Counted from the stretch's first letter, positions 1 through 12,585 are shown. The stretch: 64,000 bases of DNA from Mustelus asterias (GCF_964213995.1 NW_027590137.1:1116001-1180000); one strand, 5' to 3'. The notes: generated by a model from the letters alone, not told the origin. Translations and numbers: made by a program.

Positions 1-120
1 AAATGTTTGAGGCTATGGGGATAGGCTGGGCAAGAGGGCCTGGGTAAAGTACTCTGTCAGTGAGTTGGTGTAGACCCGATGGGTCGAATGGCCTCCTTCT
101 GAACTGTAGGGATTCTGTGA

Positions 121-1695
121 TGATAGATGTCATCCTCAAATTGAGGGACTGTTGACGATGACAAGCAAAGACCCTCCTGCGGTTCTTCTGGGACAATCGA
201 CTGCACTGGGTCCCTGCTGCGGTCCTGTATCTCCCGCTTGAGGAGGGCGGACAAGGTCTGGTGTGCCTCCGCACTCAGATAGCGACCTTCCGCCTCCAGG
301 CCCTGCAGAGGTAGCTTTACGTTGAGCCCCCTCCACAATGGTGTGCCATGGTGACGTATTTCTTCCGCCAGTGGCACGGCCTCAATTATGACGTGCAGCT
401 CCTGCATATCGAACTGGGGCGTGCTTCGACCGCCCTGCAGGAGTTGCCCGTCTTTTACCAGGACCTCCTCACCATCTGGAACACGGTCGCCTCGCGACGC
501 AGCTCCCCCCCGTCAGGAGTAGCGGCTCTCGTGCGAGAGCCGCTGCTCAGGAATCCGCTCCTCCAGCTGTATAACTTCAGATGGCTGGCGGAGAGGAGGG
601 CTGTGGACGCCGGGGTGACCAGAATCGGGGACGTGCTCGATGGCGGAGGGGCGGGCTGGATGAGTCCCCGCGTGCTGGCTGAGCGCGCGGGGACGACTGT
701 CCGGCACGCGGCCAAAGCCAACCTAGACCTTAGGACGGTCGTGCTCGGCCCGAAACTGCACGCAAACTCGAGGCGGCGCAGGCATGCGGTGGGATCCCGC
801 CTGAGCGTTCCCCTGTTCGGGCGGAATTCCACATTGGCCCAAAACCTCAACCCCCCTCCCTGGGTGAGGTGCCCCACAGCCTGAGCCGCCTCGCGGAAAT
901 GTCCTCCATGCCCTTTTCTACTGCGCTGAGGCGTTTCCTGTGCGGGCTGCTGCTGCACACCCTCCACTACCGCCTCCTCGCCTGTCGCCCGGATACACCT
1001 TGGCGGGCCTTGTTGCCGCCGGGCGGCGGAGGTCCCCGGTGGAGGTCCCTCCACGGAGGGATCTCCCCCAATTACATCGGGGACCTGGGGTGGAGGGTGA
1101 TGCATGCAGCAGTTCCGCACAACCGTAGGATTCACTAGTTCACGGGCTCCGAAGACTGCCCTTTCTGTGGCCTTGTGGAGTCCGTGGACCATGTCTATGT
1201 TGTGTGTCTTAGGCTGCACTCCCTTTATGTTTTCCTAAAGAACCTTTTGTTGATGTTTTGTTTGCACTTCAGTCCCACGCTCCTGATCTACGGACACCCG
1301 GTGCGGAGAGGGGCAGGGTCGGGATGGCGACTTCCTCGTGAACCTGCTCCTGGGCCTGGCGAAACGCGCCATTTACCGGTCCAGGCTGCGGGCGATCGAG
1401 GGGGCCGTCCATCCTGACTGTCTGCCCCTCTACCGCGGCTACGTTCGCGGCCAGGTGTCCCTGGAGAGGGAGCATGCGGTGTCCACGGGCGCGGTTGATG
1501 CCTTCTGCGCCCGTTGGGCACCGCAAGGGTTGGGGTGCGTTATCGACCCTAATAATCACATTTTAATTTGATGTCTTTAAGTTTCCTTTGTACTTTGATT
1601 TTTGTTCGGGCTGTTCCCCCTCCTTTTGGGGAGCTGCCCCTTTTACTTTGTCCTGATTTAACTTGAGTTTGTTTATTTGTTTTGACATAAAAGAG
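121..1695 (+). mobile_element. Tx1/L1-clade non-LTR retrotransposon, degenerate 3' part of ORF2 plus T-rich 3' UTR
   Basis: Frameshifted GC-rich ORF pieces (LPVFYQDLLTIW...REPLLRNP; LGWRVMHAAVPHN) and a C-terminal CPFC-x7-H-x4-C knuckle at ~1157-1208, as in Tx1 ORF2. Confidence 0.75.
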
Positions 1696-1861
1696 GCCAA
1701 CATCTGTGAGTAAAACACTTTCTTTTCTCCCCTTTTCCATTTCTTTTCTCATTCTGCGGGAAATTGGGGACTTGCAGAAACTGAAGGGAAAGGAAGTGAA
1801 TTTAGGGAGGGTACAGTCTCAGGAAAGATTGGCCCAGGTCTCTGTCTCTCTCTTAAAGACA

Positions 1862-2360
1862 TTGATATAGAAACAGAGATGATAGGAGCAGGAGGAGGCC
1901 CTTTGGCCCTTCGAGCCTGCTCCGCCATTCATTACGATCATGGCTGATCATCCAACTCAATAGCCTAAACCTGCTTTTTCCCCATAACCTGTGATCCCAT
2001 TCGCCCCGAGTGCTTTATCCAGCCGCCTCTTGAACACATTCAATGTTTTAGCACCAACTACTTCCTGTGGTAATAAATTCCACAGGCTCACCACTCTTTG
2101 GGTGAAGAAATGTCTCCTCACCTCCGTCCTAAATGGTCTACCCTGAATCCTCAGACTGTAACCCCCGGTTCTGGACTCCATCAGGAACATCCTCCCTGCA
2201 TCTATCCTGTCTCAACCTGTTAGAATTTTATAAGTCTCTATGAGATCTCCCCTCATTCATCTGAACTCCAACAAAAACAATTCTAACCTAGTCAGTCTCT
2301 CCTCCTACATCAGTCCCGCGATTCCCTGAATCAGCCTGGTGAACATCCTTTGCTCCCTCA
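1862..2360 (-). mobile_element. CR1 LINE 3' fragment
   Basis: ORF 1957..2190(-) contains RRHFFTQRVVSLWNLLP, the CR1 ORF2 C-terminus. Confidence 0.8.
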
Positions 2361-2704
2361 GCTTGACACATTTATTTGTCTGTCTAAAAGGATGGTCTTT
2401 TTCCTAATGTTCACATTAAAGGGCAGCTTTCCCCAGGAGATGGCTGACATTTAAGCGGACAGTAAATTAATATAGGACAGAGATATGTCTAGTGTTATTA
2501 TATGGTACCCAGATTAGATATATTATTTACGTTTCTGTAATAAAATACATTTATTATTATTTCTTGCATTGTAATATAATGCTGTAGCGATGTTATACAT
2601 TTCCAGTCATAAAGTCATTACAGCACAGAAGGAATCCATTCGGTAACTCGAGTCCATGCTGACTCTCTGTATAACATTCCAGTCCCATTCCCACTCTATA
2701 TCCC

Positions 2705-3475
2705 TGTGGTAAACCACTGTTAAGCTTATTGCGTGTGTGTGTGTGTGTGTGACATGCCTGGGCATGCCCCTGCCGGCCCTGCCTGAGACTCCTCAGGGCC
2801 TACAACTGCAAGGCTGTAACAGCCACCCAAAACACTGAGGACTTAATCAGAGATGTCTAAGTCACGGGTATCAGGTCAAACTATATCCGACAATGACTGC
2901 TGGAACAGGTTGGGCTGGATCTACAAAAGATTGTCGCGCTTGCCGACTCGTTAGAGGTGGCCTTCCGTAATCTCAAGGCCTACACCCCCGACCACGGGGG
3001 CGCATCGTGGACGCCGCAGTCGCCGCCTCCTCTATACTCGGGAGGGCCGCAGACCTACGCCACGCCATGTCCCACCAATGACCCGACCGCTGCGGCAGTC
3101 TCTGGAGGCCCGAAGTGCTACTTCTGCGGCCTGGGGAAGTACCCCCGACAACGTTGCCCGGCGAAGGATGCAATCTGCTCCGGGTGTGGAAAGAAGGGCC
3201 ATTACGCGAAGGTATGCAGGGTGAAATCGACCTCCAAGCCCAGTAGCGCCGTGGGGGCCGCCATCTTGGGTGCCGGTAGCCGCGTGTGAGCCGTGCGGGC
3301 CGCCATCTTGGATGTCTTCAGCCGCGTGTGAGCCATGCGGGCCGCCATTCTGGAGGCCCACCTGCCTCAGTCGCCGGACCAGTTAATCAGCATGGGTATG
3401 CTCCAAGTCTTTTGCGAATAAAAGCCGATTTGTTCTTGCATACAAACTAGTCTTTGCTTGATTGATGGTGCATCA
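2705..3475 (+). mobile_element. Internally deleted Gypsy-like LTR element with gag zinc-knuckle fragment
   Basis: TG...CA termini, 5-bp TSD ATCCC (2700-2704 and 3476-3480), gag-like CYFCGLGKYPRQRC / CSGCGKKGHYAKVC, AATAAA at ~3417. Confidence 0.75.
2750..2769 (+). promoter_or_regulatory. Candidate p53-family response element inside the LTR
   Basis: TGACATGCCT GGGCATGCCC: two RRRCWWGYYY half-sites, zero spacer, one mismatch. Confidence 0.6.
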
Positions 3476-4751
3476 ATCCCCATTCTCCTGAAAGTTTATG
3501 TCCTTCAAGTACCCATCCACTTTCATTTTTAAATAGAATCCATAGATACGGTTGGAGATTTACAACTTTTTGGGAATGAAATAGTAAAGAATGTTCCATA
3601 GAAACTAGAATTGTCTGCTCTGAATTTCTATCCTATACTAACTGTGATGACTTTTGCGAACTCATTTCACAGGATTTTGAACGAGGAATCACAGGCAAAA
3701 ATCTCAACTGTCACGTCTAGACAGAGTCATATTCCTTGGGATCTGAATATCTTGTAATATGGAACTGTAGCTACGTTATATATTTCCAGACATCTCTTCC
3801 CTCAGAGGGTTGTTCGTCTTTTGGATTTCTCTTCCCCAGGGACCAGTGGAGGCTGAGGATCATTGAATATATTCCAGTTCGGCAGATTTTTGACTGACAA
3901 GGGTGTCATGGGTTATAGGGAACAGACAAGAAGATGGTAAAGTTTTGGAATCTCAACCCCTGAGGACAGTGAAGCCTCAGTCATCAACTATTTTCAAGAG
4001 TTTGATTGATTGGTTTCTAGATATTGAAGATATCAAGGGATATGGGTTTAGTGTGGGGAGAATGATGCTGAGGTAGATGAACGAATTATCTCATTGAATA
4101 GTTTAAAAGGCTCGATGAGCCAAATGGTCGACTGCAGCTCCGATTTGTTATGGTCTCTGTGTCCAGGACAGGAAGCAGTGAGCATGGATCTGTCAATCAG
4201 CCTCAATCAGCACCTTCAGGAGAATTGGGAGGGTGAATATTAGATACAGCAGAGTGAGAATGGAGGGAGAGTGTGTGGGATGGAGATTTACAGCCTCTTG
4301 GGACTGAAATAGGAAAGAATGTTCCATAGAAACTAGAATTGTCTGTTCTGAATTTCTATCCTGTACTGACACTGATGACTTTTGTAAACTCGTTTTACAG
4401 GATATTGAAAGAGGAATCACAGGCCGAAATCTCAAATGTCACGTCTAGATCTGACAGAATCATATTCCTTGGGAGCTGAATATCATCGGACTTTGAATCT
4501 AGAAGGAGAAATGATTGTCCGGTCTGTCGATTTGAAAAGATTTCAAACATCAGTGTGACTGGAAAAGCACCAACACACTGCCACACTCGAGTGAGAGTGT
4601 TCTAGTGCTCGGACTAAAGAGCTTTAACCAGTTACACAGCCTGAATAAATATCACACCATTCACAGCAGGGACAGACTATACTCGTGTTCTGTGTGTGGA
4701 CGAGGCTTCAACTGATTGTCCACCCAAGACAGAGGCAAGGACACCTGCATC

Positions 4752-5393
4752 ATGGAGAAACCATGGAAATGTGTGGACTGTGGGAAGAGATACAGAGTCC
4801 CATCTCTGCTGGATGCTCATCGGCGCAGCCACACTGGGGAGAGGCCGTTCATCTGCTTTCAGTGTGGGAAGGGATTCACTCTGTCATCCAGCCTGCAGAC
4901 ACACCAGCGAGTTCACACTGGGGAGAGGCCATTCACCTGCTCTCAGTGTGGGAAGGGATTCACTCAGTCATCCAGCCTGCAGTCACACCAGCGAGTTCAC
5001 ACTGGGGAGAGGCCGTTCACCTGCCCTCAGTGTGGGAAGGGATTCACTCAGTCATCCGACCTGTTGGCACACAAGCGAATTCACACTGGGGAGAGACCGT
5101 TCACCTGCTCTCAGTGTGGGAAGGGATTCACTCATTTATCCAACCTGCGGACACATAAGCGCATTCACACTGGGGAGAGGCCATTCACCTGCCCTCAGTG
5201 TGGGAAGGGATTCACTCAGTTATCCAACCTGCGGGCACACCAGCGAGTTCACACTGGGGAGAGGCCCTTCACCTGCTCTCAATGTGGGGAGGGATTCACT
5301 CAGTCATCCAACCTGCAGATACATCAGCGAGTTCACACTAGCTCATCTGCTCTCAGTGTGGGAAGGGATTCTGTGATTCATCCAGCCTGCTGA
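4752..5393 (+). CDS. C2H2 zinc-finger protein A (7 intact fingers, frameshifted tail)
   Basis: MEKPWKC start, repeated C-x2-C...H-x3-H with TGERP linkers. Deletions near 5340 and 5395 destroy further fingers. Upstream exons end at ~1705 (donor GTGAGT) and 4232; last-exon acceptor at 4399-4400. Confidence 0.85.
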   Translation: MEKPWKCVDCGKRYRVPSLLDAHRRSHTGERPFICFQCGKGFTLSSSLQTHQRVHTGERPFTCSQCGKGFTQSSSLQSHQRVHTGERPFTCPQCGKGFTQSSDLLAHKRIHTGERPFTCSQCGKGFTHLSNLRTHKRIHTGERPFTCPQCGKGFTQLSNLRAHQRVHTGERPFTCSQCGEGFTQSSNLQIHQRVHTSSSALSVGRDSVIHPAC

Positions 5394-6521
5394 CCGGGAG
5401 AGACCGTTCTTCTGCTCTGTGTGTGAGAAGACATTCAGTGTTTAATCCCACCTGCTGAGACACCAGCGACTTCATGAGTGATTCCAGGGGTTGGATTCTG
5501 CTGTTATTGTTTCTGCTCTCAATTACATCCAGGACTGCATTTTGTTCATTCTCACAGTTGGTCAATGGGGAGGGTAGGGGGGTTTCTTTCTGCTGGACTG
5601 GCCGGTCTCATGACTTTGCCTCCAGTGGGCTGATGCTCTTTGAGTCTTGTTGCGAATACATGGTTTCAAATTTCACAAGGATCACAGAGTGACAGGGTGT
5701 GAGGAAGTTAAGAGTCACTATTTCTGTTTGAAACTCCCCCAAAAGCCCATCCAATTTCCTTTGTAATTGTTTATTGTCTCCACTTCCTCCACCCTCGTAG
5801 GCAGCGGGTTCCAGGTCATTACCATTCGCTGCATCAAAATATTCTTCCTCACATCCCCCCTGCATCTCTGATCCGAAACCTTAAATCTGTGACCCCCCTC
5901 ATCCTTGTCCCATCAGCGAATGGGAACAGCTTTTTTTTGTCCACCTTATCTAAACCTGTCAGAATCTTGCCCACCTCTATCAAATCTCCCCTCAACCTCC
6001 TTTGCTCCAAGAGGAACGACCCCAGCCTGACATTGACAATAAAGAACAAACTAACCGAATATGTTAATACCTGAAATCAAATTGGAATGTTTAATTTCTG
6101 TTTTAAAGATATTGTGAATATATTGTCCTGGACAATAAAGGAATTTGAATAACTCACCTTGGGTGTGGTTGAATGGAATATATCAATCTGATATCCACCT
6201 ACAGTCTTGTGAAAGTTTGGAATGCGTAGCTGGAAATCGCTCCCTAACAGCACTGTGGGTGTACTTACACCTCAGGCATTGTAGCAGTTCAGGAAGGCAG
6301 TGTTGGGGTTGACCACGGCCGAGGCAGCTACATACAGCCACATATTATGTTATAACTGAAGGACAGCAGATTGAATGTGAGGCATTATGGGACTGGACTA
6401 TCTTGACCACATTCCTGTGGCTGCTCAGTTTCTGCAATCACGGACCATTAAAGCTACTTAGCAGGGCCCTGACAGAGGACCTGGTGAAAATATTTACTCA
6501 GAATGAGTTAGAAGTAAACTG

Positions 6522-6835
6522 GGGCGGCACGGTGGTTAGCACTGCTGCCTCACAGATCCAGGGATCCGGGTTCGATTCCCAGCTTGGGTCACTGTCTGTG
6601 TGGAGTTTGCACATTCTCCCCGTGTCTGTGTAGGTTTCCTCCGGGTGCTCCGGTTTCCTCCCACAGTCCAAAGATGCGTGGGTTAGGTGGATTGGCCATG
6701 CTAAATTGCCCCTTCATGTCAGGGGGACTAGCCAGGGTAAATGCGTGGGGTTATGGGGATAGGGTCGGTGGGATTGTGATTGGTGCAGACTTGATGGGCT
6801 AAATGGCCTCCTTCTGCACTGTCGAGATTCTATGA
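6522..6835 (+). mobile_element. HE1-type tRNA-derived V-SINE
   Basis: GGGCGGCACGGTGGTTAGCACTGCTGCCTCAC head, B-box GGTTCGATTCC, V-domain TTCTCCCCGTGTCTG..., CR1-like tail. Absent from the paralogous site at ~58780. Confidence 0.85.
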
Positions 6836-7204
6836 GATTATTGCAGGACCGGCTGGTGTTCAGCAGCTGAGAAACCTGGATTCTGTGAAAAAGGGGTCTG
6901 ACTAATCAACAAACGGGGGTAGGTCGCTGACTAAGAAGTTAAGAAGCGTTCTCAGGCATGTTTAAATTATTGTATCATAAATTTGTGATAAGAACTGTGA
7001 GGGACTTGTGACCTGATAGTCGGTGAAGTGACGGTATACTCCAAGTAGCACTGGACTGAAAAGTAGATCTCTGAGAGTAGATTCTAATGGTTATAATCCT
7101 ACCCAAGCATGGCCAGTGAAAAATCAGAGCTCAAGTGGGGACTGGACAGGTTTCTTACCTGCCATTTGGAAACTAAGAACAAGAAACATATCGATTAAAA
7201 TGAT

Positions 7205-7385
7205 TAGAGAATAGAGCCAATCTTTCGAGTCTGGATGACACTTCTTAAGAGCTCTTATAAAGGGTCATCCAGACTTGAAACATTGGCTCTATTCTCTCTC
7301 CACAGATACTGTCAGACCTGCTGAGATCTTGCAGCATTTTCTGTTTTTCTTTCAGATTCCAGTATCCGCAGTATTTTACTTTTAT
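7205..7385. mobile_element. Penelope-like short terminal repeats (inverted pair); related copies at ~8455-8590, 15930-16105, 56500-56685, 59140-59310
   Basis: Recurrent GGGTCATCCAGACTCGAAACGTT...CAGATGCTGTCAGACCTGCTGAG motif in tail-to-tail arrangement. Confidence 0.55.
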
Positions 7386-10300
7386 GATAAAATGATTAGT
7401 TCTGATTGGAATCCCCACGACCCTCCCGCAAAACAGTGGGCGTGGTGGCAAAGGGAGAAAAAGGATAAGGATGATAAAGTCTTGGTTCTGATTCTCTGAG
7501 CCCATGTAGAATTAACAAAACGAGTGAATCAGTTTATAAAGAACAGAAGATACCATCCCTAACAAAAACTGATCAAATTAAATAGGTTGAGGAATATAAC
7601 AAAAAAATTAATAGATGAAGTTCAAAATCGTTTGTTTTGTTTTAAACTTGTGTAAAGTGATGTAATTGTGTGCCAAGTTTTTGCTGCTCACTCCCCACCC
7701 CTTTAGGTTCTGTAGAAAAGTTAACCCTTTCAGCAGACAGTTCATTTGTTTTTAAATCGCCTGAAAACTCGTGTCTATTTTAGTTCATAATTGAAGATTT
7801 ATGGGAATTGGCTAAGATGGGCTTTTGACATTTTTAAAGTATAAAAAAGTGGTCTTGAGAAGGCAATTTGGTAGAGAAAGGTGGAGGGAGATATGTTTAC
7901 AGAGAAATGTTGAGACCTGTTGGTTTTACAAGTTATCCATGTTTTCGGAGCCGTCACTTCATGTCCTGGTCTGAGAGGGATGGAGAGAAGTCTGTTCAAT
8001 TGTTAAAGTTAAACTTTCTCTATTAACTGTTAATCAACACTCTGTTTTTTATCTTTCTGACTTGTTACATTTTTAATGATTAATAAACTTTCTGAATTCA
8101 CCATTTAAAGTGTTCTTTCTTGCCATATGGTTAAGTCACTGGAACCTCGTGTGATTTACGATGAGGGAGGTTTTTGTAAATAAGAGAACCCCCATAAATC
8201 TTAGTTCAAATAAATCAAAGTTCTGACAAATGGAATGTTATCCTTTATTACGAGAGAAATTGAACATAGAAGTAAAGATGTTGTACTTCAGTTGATACAG
8301 GGCGTTGCTGAGACTGCATCTTGAACACTGGGTACAGCTTTGTCTCCGATTTAAGAAATGATACAAATGCATTGAAAGTCGTTCAGAGGAGATTTAATAG
8401 ATTGCTTCTCAATTCTGGACCCTCACAGGATAAATTTTGTCAGATTTTCCTTGTCTTCAGCTCTGACAAAGAGTAATCCTGACTCAAAATGTTGTCTCTA
8501 TTCTCTCTCTACAGATGCTGTCAGACTTGCTGAGATTGTCCAGCATTTTCTGTTTTTGTTTCAGATTCCAACAACAGCAGAATTTTGCCTTTATACCAGT
8601 TCTTGTTGGATAAGGACATCAAAAATATCGGGTGGAGAACGAGAATGTGGAACTTCACACAAGTAGATCAGCCATGATCTAAATAAATGGTGGAGCAGAC
8701 TCAAAGGGCCAAATGGCCGACTTCTGCTCCGATGTCGAATGTTGGTCACAGATTTCTGAGAATTGTGAAACAAGGCTGGAAGATTCGCCTTGCTTGTGTT
8801 AGTGGGAAAATGTCCAGGAGAACCATCACTGTGAAGGACAGCTCTGGCATTAAAGGTTGCCAGACTGGAAAAGGAAAACAATGGAAATAAACCCTTGGGG
8901 AGTGAAGAATCACTTTGGGCTGGTTTTTGGAGAAAGAGTGTCAACATTCCAAGTTAGGGTAAAATATGACCATTGAGTGGATATTTAATGGTGTTAAGAG
9001 TAAAAGGGCAAAGTTTAATTTTACAGTTTAAGGGCTATGTTCCCTATAAAAAAGTGTTTAATCATTGTTGCTTCCAGTTTGTTGGAATAAACATCAGAAA
9101 ACTTGAAGTTTTGTCGTGTGAATCTTTAATTTGTTTACTGGGTTTAGAATTCATTTTTTAAAAATTGTTGATCGTCAGAGATGTTAACAGTTCATTTACA
9201 GCCACACGTTTCGACTTCCCATTTGAGCCTGGGGCACCTTTCTGTCTCTCTGTTGCTCATGTCAATGACAGCCAGGCGACAGAGCTGAGGGCTGAATTTA
9301 GCTGAGAATAATGGGGCCTACGCCTCAGTTGGGAAACTGCCCTGGGCGTCGCACTAATAGAGAGACAGGGAGATGCTGGAGGACTGAGTGGGAAATGGGC
9401 CTCCAACCAATTGTTATATCAGTCACTGAGAACTAAAGAGGAACCCGTCTCTTTAAATACAGATACAGGGAAGAGGCTGTACTGAAATCTGCCCTTCTAA
9501 CCTGCACAAAAGCAGGAGGCTGAGATTGACAGGATGCAGGAGTCCATTCGGCCCACCATGCCCCTGCTATCTCTTTGAAAGGACTCTCTGATTCATCCTA
9601 CCACACTGATCTGTCCCCACAGTCCTGCAAATTCTTCCCTTTCAAGTTTTTGCCCTTTGGAAAGATTCTATTGTCTCTGCTTTCAGGCAGATCAGAACAA
9701 CTCGCTGTTTCAAAAATATAAAATAAAATCTCATCTCCCCCTCTGGCTCCTTTGCCAATTACCTTAGAGGGACTCACTTTCTGTTAAAGAGCCTGCCAAC
9801 CCCTCTCACCCACTTTCCCTAAAGTGCATCAATCTCATCAGGAAAAGTCCAGAAAAGTCAAATACTTTACTGATAAAAGTTTATTAATGAAACAGAACAT
9901 GGTTAAAACAATCAGAAAAGGACTTGAGCATCAAAGACAACCAGAGTAAAAGGATGTTCACAACGTTCTGGACACAAATGGTTTCTCTTTAATTCATCTG
10001 TAGCCTGTTCCCTGCCCTCTTTGTGGTAAAGGCAGAATTCTCTGGATAGGAAATTTAAAAAGAAGTTTACTGAATGAAAAAGTTTTACTGAACAACTTTA
10101 AGACATTGACTTTTACAACTTCATGCAGGTGATCGGTCCGTAGAAGCATAACCCTCTCTGGCTCCTTCTTTCACAGGAATTCTTGTGGAATTCAGCCTTG
10201 GGAGTCTGGCTCCTTCTCTGACAGTAATTTCCTTGGAACTCAGCCTCGGGAGTTTTCAGTATTTGGCTCCCAAGGAAGACCTTCAGAAGCTCTACTTTTA

Positions 10301-10699
10301 TCCACAAAGTGACGATTACTTCACGTCAGAGTTGGGCCTGTTGTATCATGACAATTGGTCAATTTGACCACTAGATTAATTTAACTGGATCCTCAATTAC
10401 TGACACCACCACCTCTTATTATCTTAGACAGGAATACAATAGAACTGGTTCATGCTGTCCCTTTAGCTGATTCTGTACAATCCCTTATTCTCACAGTTTC
10501 AAATGTTGAGGCTAATCAGAGCTTGAAGGTCTCTCTCGCCAGTACATTTATCCTCATTGCACATTCTTTACATACACAGCAATTAAACTCTTACAGCAAA
10601 TAAAACTCAATCTTTTACTATGACGACTGATTCATTGATTAACTATAACTCAATTAAGGCTCATGACTTTCTCATCTGTTAATGACTGGTAGCTAATAA

Positions 10700-11590
10700 A
10701 TAGCTACGAGATGGGGCAGATGTTTGAGGGCAAATCAACATCTGGCATGTGGGAGGCTTTCAAGTGTAAGTTGATAGGGATTCAGGACCGGCATATTCCT
10801 GTAAGGATGAAGGATAAGTATGGCAAGTTTTGGGAACCTTGGATAACGAGAGATATTGTGAGCCTAGTCAAAGAGAAAAAGGAAGCATTTGTCAAAGCTA
10901 GGAGGCTGGGAACACACGAAGCAAGTGTGGAATACAAGGAAAGTAGAAAGAAACTTAAGCAAGGAGTCAGGAGGGCGAAAAGGGGTCACGAAAAAGCATT
11001 GGCCAGCAGGATTAAGGAAAATCCCAAGGCTTTTTATACATATATAAAGAGCAAGAGGGTAGCCAGGGAGAGGGTTGGCCCACTCAAGGGCAGGGGAGGG
11101 AATCTATGTGTGGAGCCAGAGGAAATGGGCGAGGTATTAAATGAGTACTTTGCGTCAGTATTCACCAAAGAGAAGGACTTGGTGGATAATGAGTCTGGGA
11201 AAGGATGTGTAGATAGTTTGAGTCATGTTGAGATCAAAAAGGAAGAGTTATTGGGGTTCTTGAGAAACATTAAGGGAGACAAATCCCCAGGGCCTGATGG
11301 GATATACCCCAGAATACTGAGAGAGGCAAGGGAGGAAATTGCTGGGGTCTTGAGAGAAATCTTTGTATCCTCACTGGTGATGGGGAGGTCCCAGAGGATT
11401 GGAGAATAGCCAATGTTGTTCCTTTGTTTAAGAAGGGTAGCAAGAATAATCCAGGTAATTACAGGACGGTGAACCTTACATCAGTGGTAGGGAAATTATT
11501 GGAGAAGATTCTTCGAGACAGGATTTATTCCCACTTGGAAATAAGTGGACGTATTAGTGAGAGGCAACATGGTTTTGCGAAGGGGAGGTC
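10700..11590 (+). mobile_element. CR1 LINE ORF2 fragment
   Basis: IKENPKAFYTYIK, KSPGPDGIYPRIL, NPGNYR motifs. Confidence 0.85.
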
Positions 11591-12585
11591 TAATCTCTCC
11601 TTTTAAACTCTGTTCTTCAGTATCCAATTCCAGAATTTTCCTTTTCATTGTGTTAATTGTGTCAGGAATAAATCTTTGGACCTGACAGGAAGTTTAACCC
11701 AAGATCAATCCAACACAGGATTGGTCAGAGTCGTTTCATATGTACCAAATTTTAAATAACCATTACAAATTAAAACTCTCATTCTCACATGTGAGTTTTA
11801 TCCGGATTAAAATTCCTGCATGTTTAGTAAAATATCCTGGAAACATGTCTCTGTCCAGTAAATATGGCTCCAAGTTCATAACTTTTGAAAAAAACATTTT
11901 ATTAATTACACTTCCTTTTTTAAATGTTTGATTTAAATCACAGACAGAAAAACTCAAAGCCTGAAGCATTCAACCCACAAATATCATCCATACACAAACA
12001 GAGAAACTTAGCATGTGCTTTACAACAACAATAACCAAAATTAATTACTTAAGTGTTCTTGGGATCCTGTTTTTAAACTTCCAAAAATGCCTTTAATCAA
12101 AGACTCAAGGTAAGGTAAATTCTCCAGAAAGATAAAACTTAACAAATGTAGCCCAAAACAATGATAAAACACATCTACAAACATCCACAGAAAACAAATG
12201 AAACACACAGGTTCTCACAGCTCATAAATTTCAAACAATGAATCCTCAGCATTCTCTCTCGCAGCTATAGCTTATTAAAGCGACAGAGCACTACAAGCTC
12301 ACAACTACTTGATTAAAATAAGATACAAGATCCTTCATTCTCCTTCATTGTAACTTAACCTTTTTTAAGCCAACTTCCAAAGTCTTTGTTGATTTAAAAT
12401 CCCAAACGTTACCATTTGCAAAATCTTTGTTCTTTATCTTGGGTTGAGGTGACAACACAATAAAATTCTCAGAGTTATTCCAAATTCCTCCAGGCTATGC
12501 TTAAAATTTCCACATTTAATTGGCTCCAATAAATCCACAATTATAAACTAAAATAGACACGAGTTTCCGGGCGATTTAAAAACAA
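11590..12585 (-). repeat. Inverted paralog of 59690-60672 (tail of the ZNF duplication unit)
   Basis: Reverse complement matches, e.g. ATTAAAACTCTCATTCTCACATGTG vs CACATGTGAGAATGAGAGTTTTAAT. Confidence 0.75.

Larger units (their letters stand above)
4250..7800 (+). repeat. Segmental duplication copy 1 (ZNF last exon plus downstream tail), paralogous to ~56685-59750
   Basis: Long colinear near-identity by eye of intron, UTRs and downstream sequence. Confidence 0.85.

Noticed and set aside
4685-5376. Long alternative-frame ORFs over ZNF arrays (also 38311, 38649, 48356, 57110)
   Set aside because: By-products of repetitive finger codon usage; no independent evidence.
6522-6600. SINE heads as functional tRNA genes
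   Set aside because: They have A/B boxes but continue into the V-SINE body and CR1 tail, with no cloverleaf.
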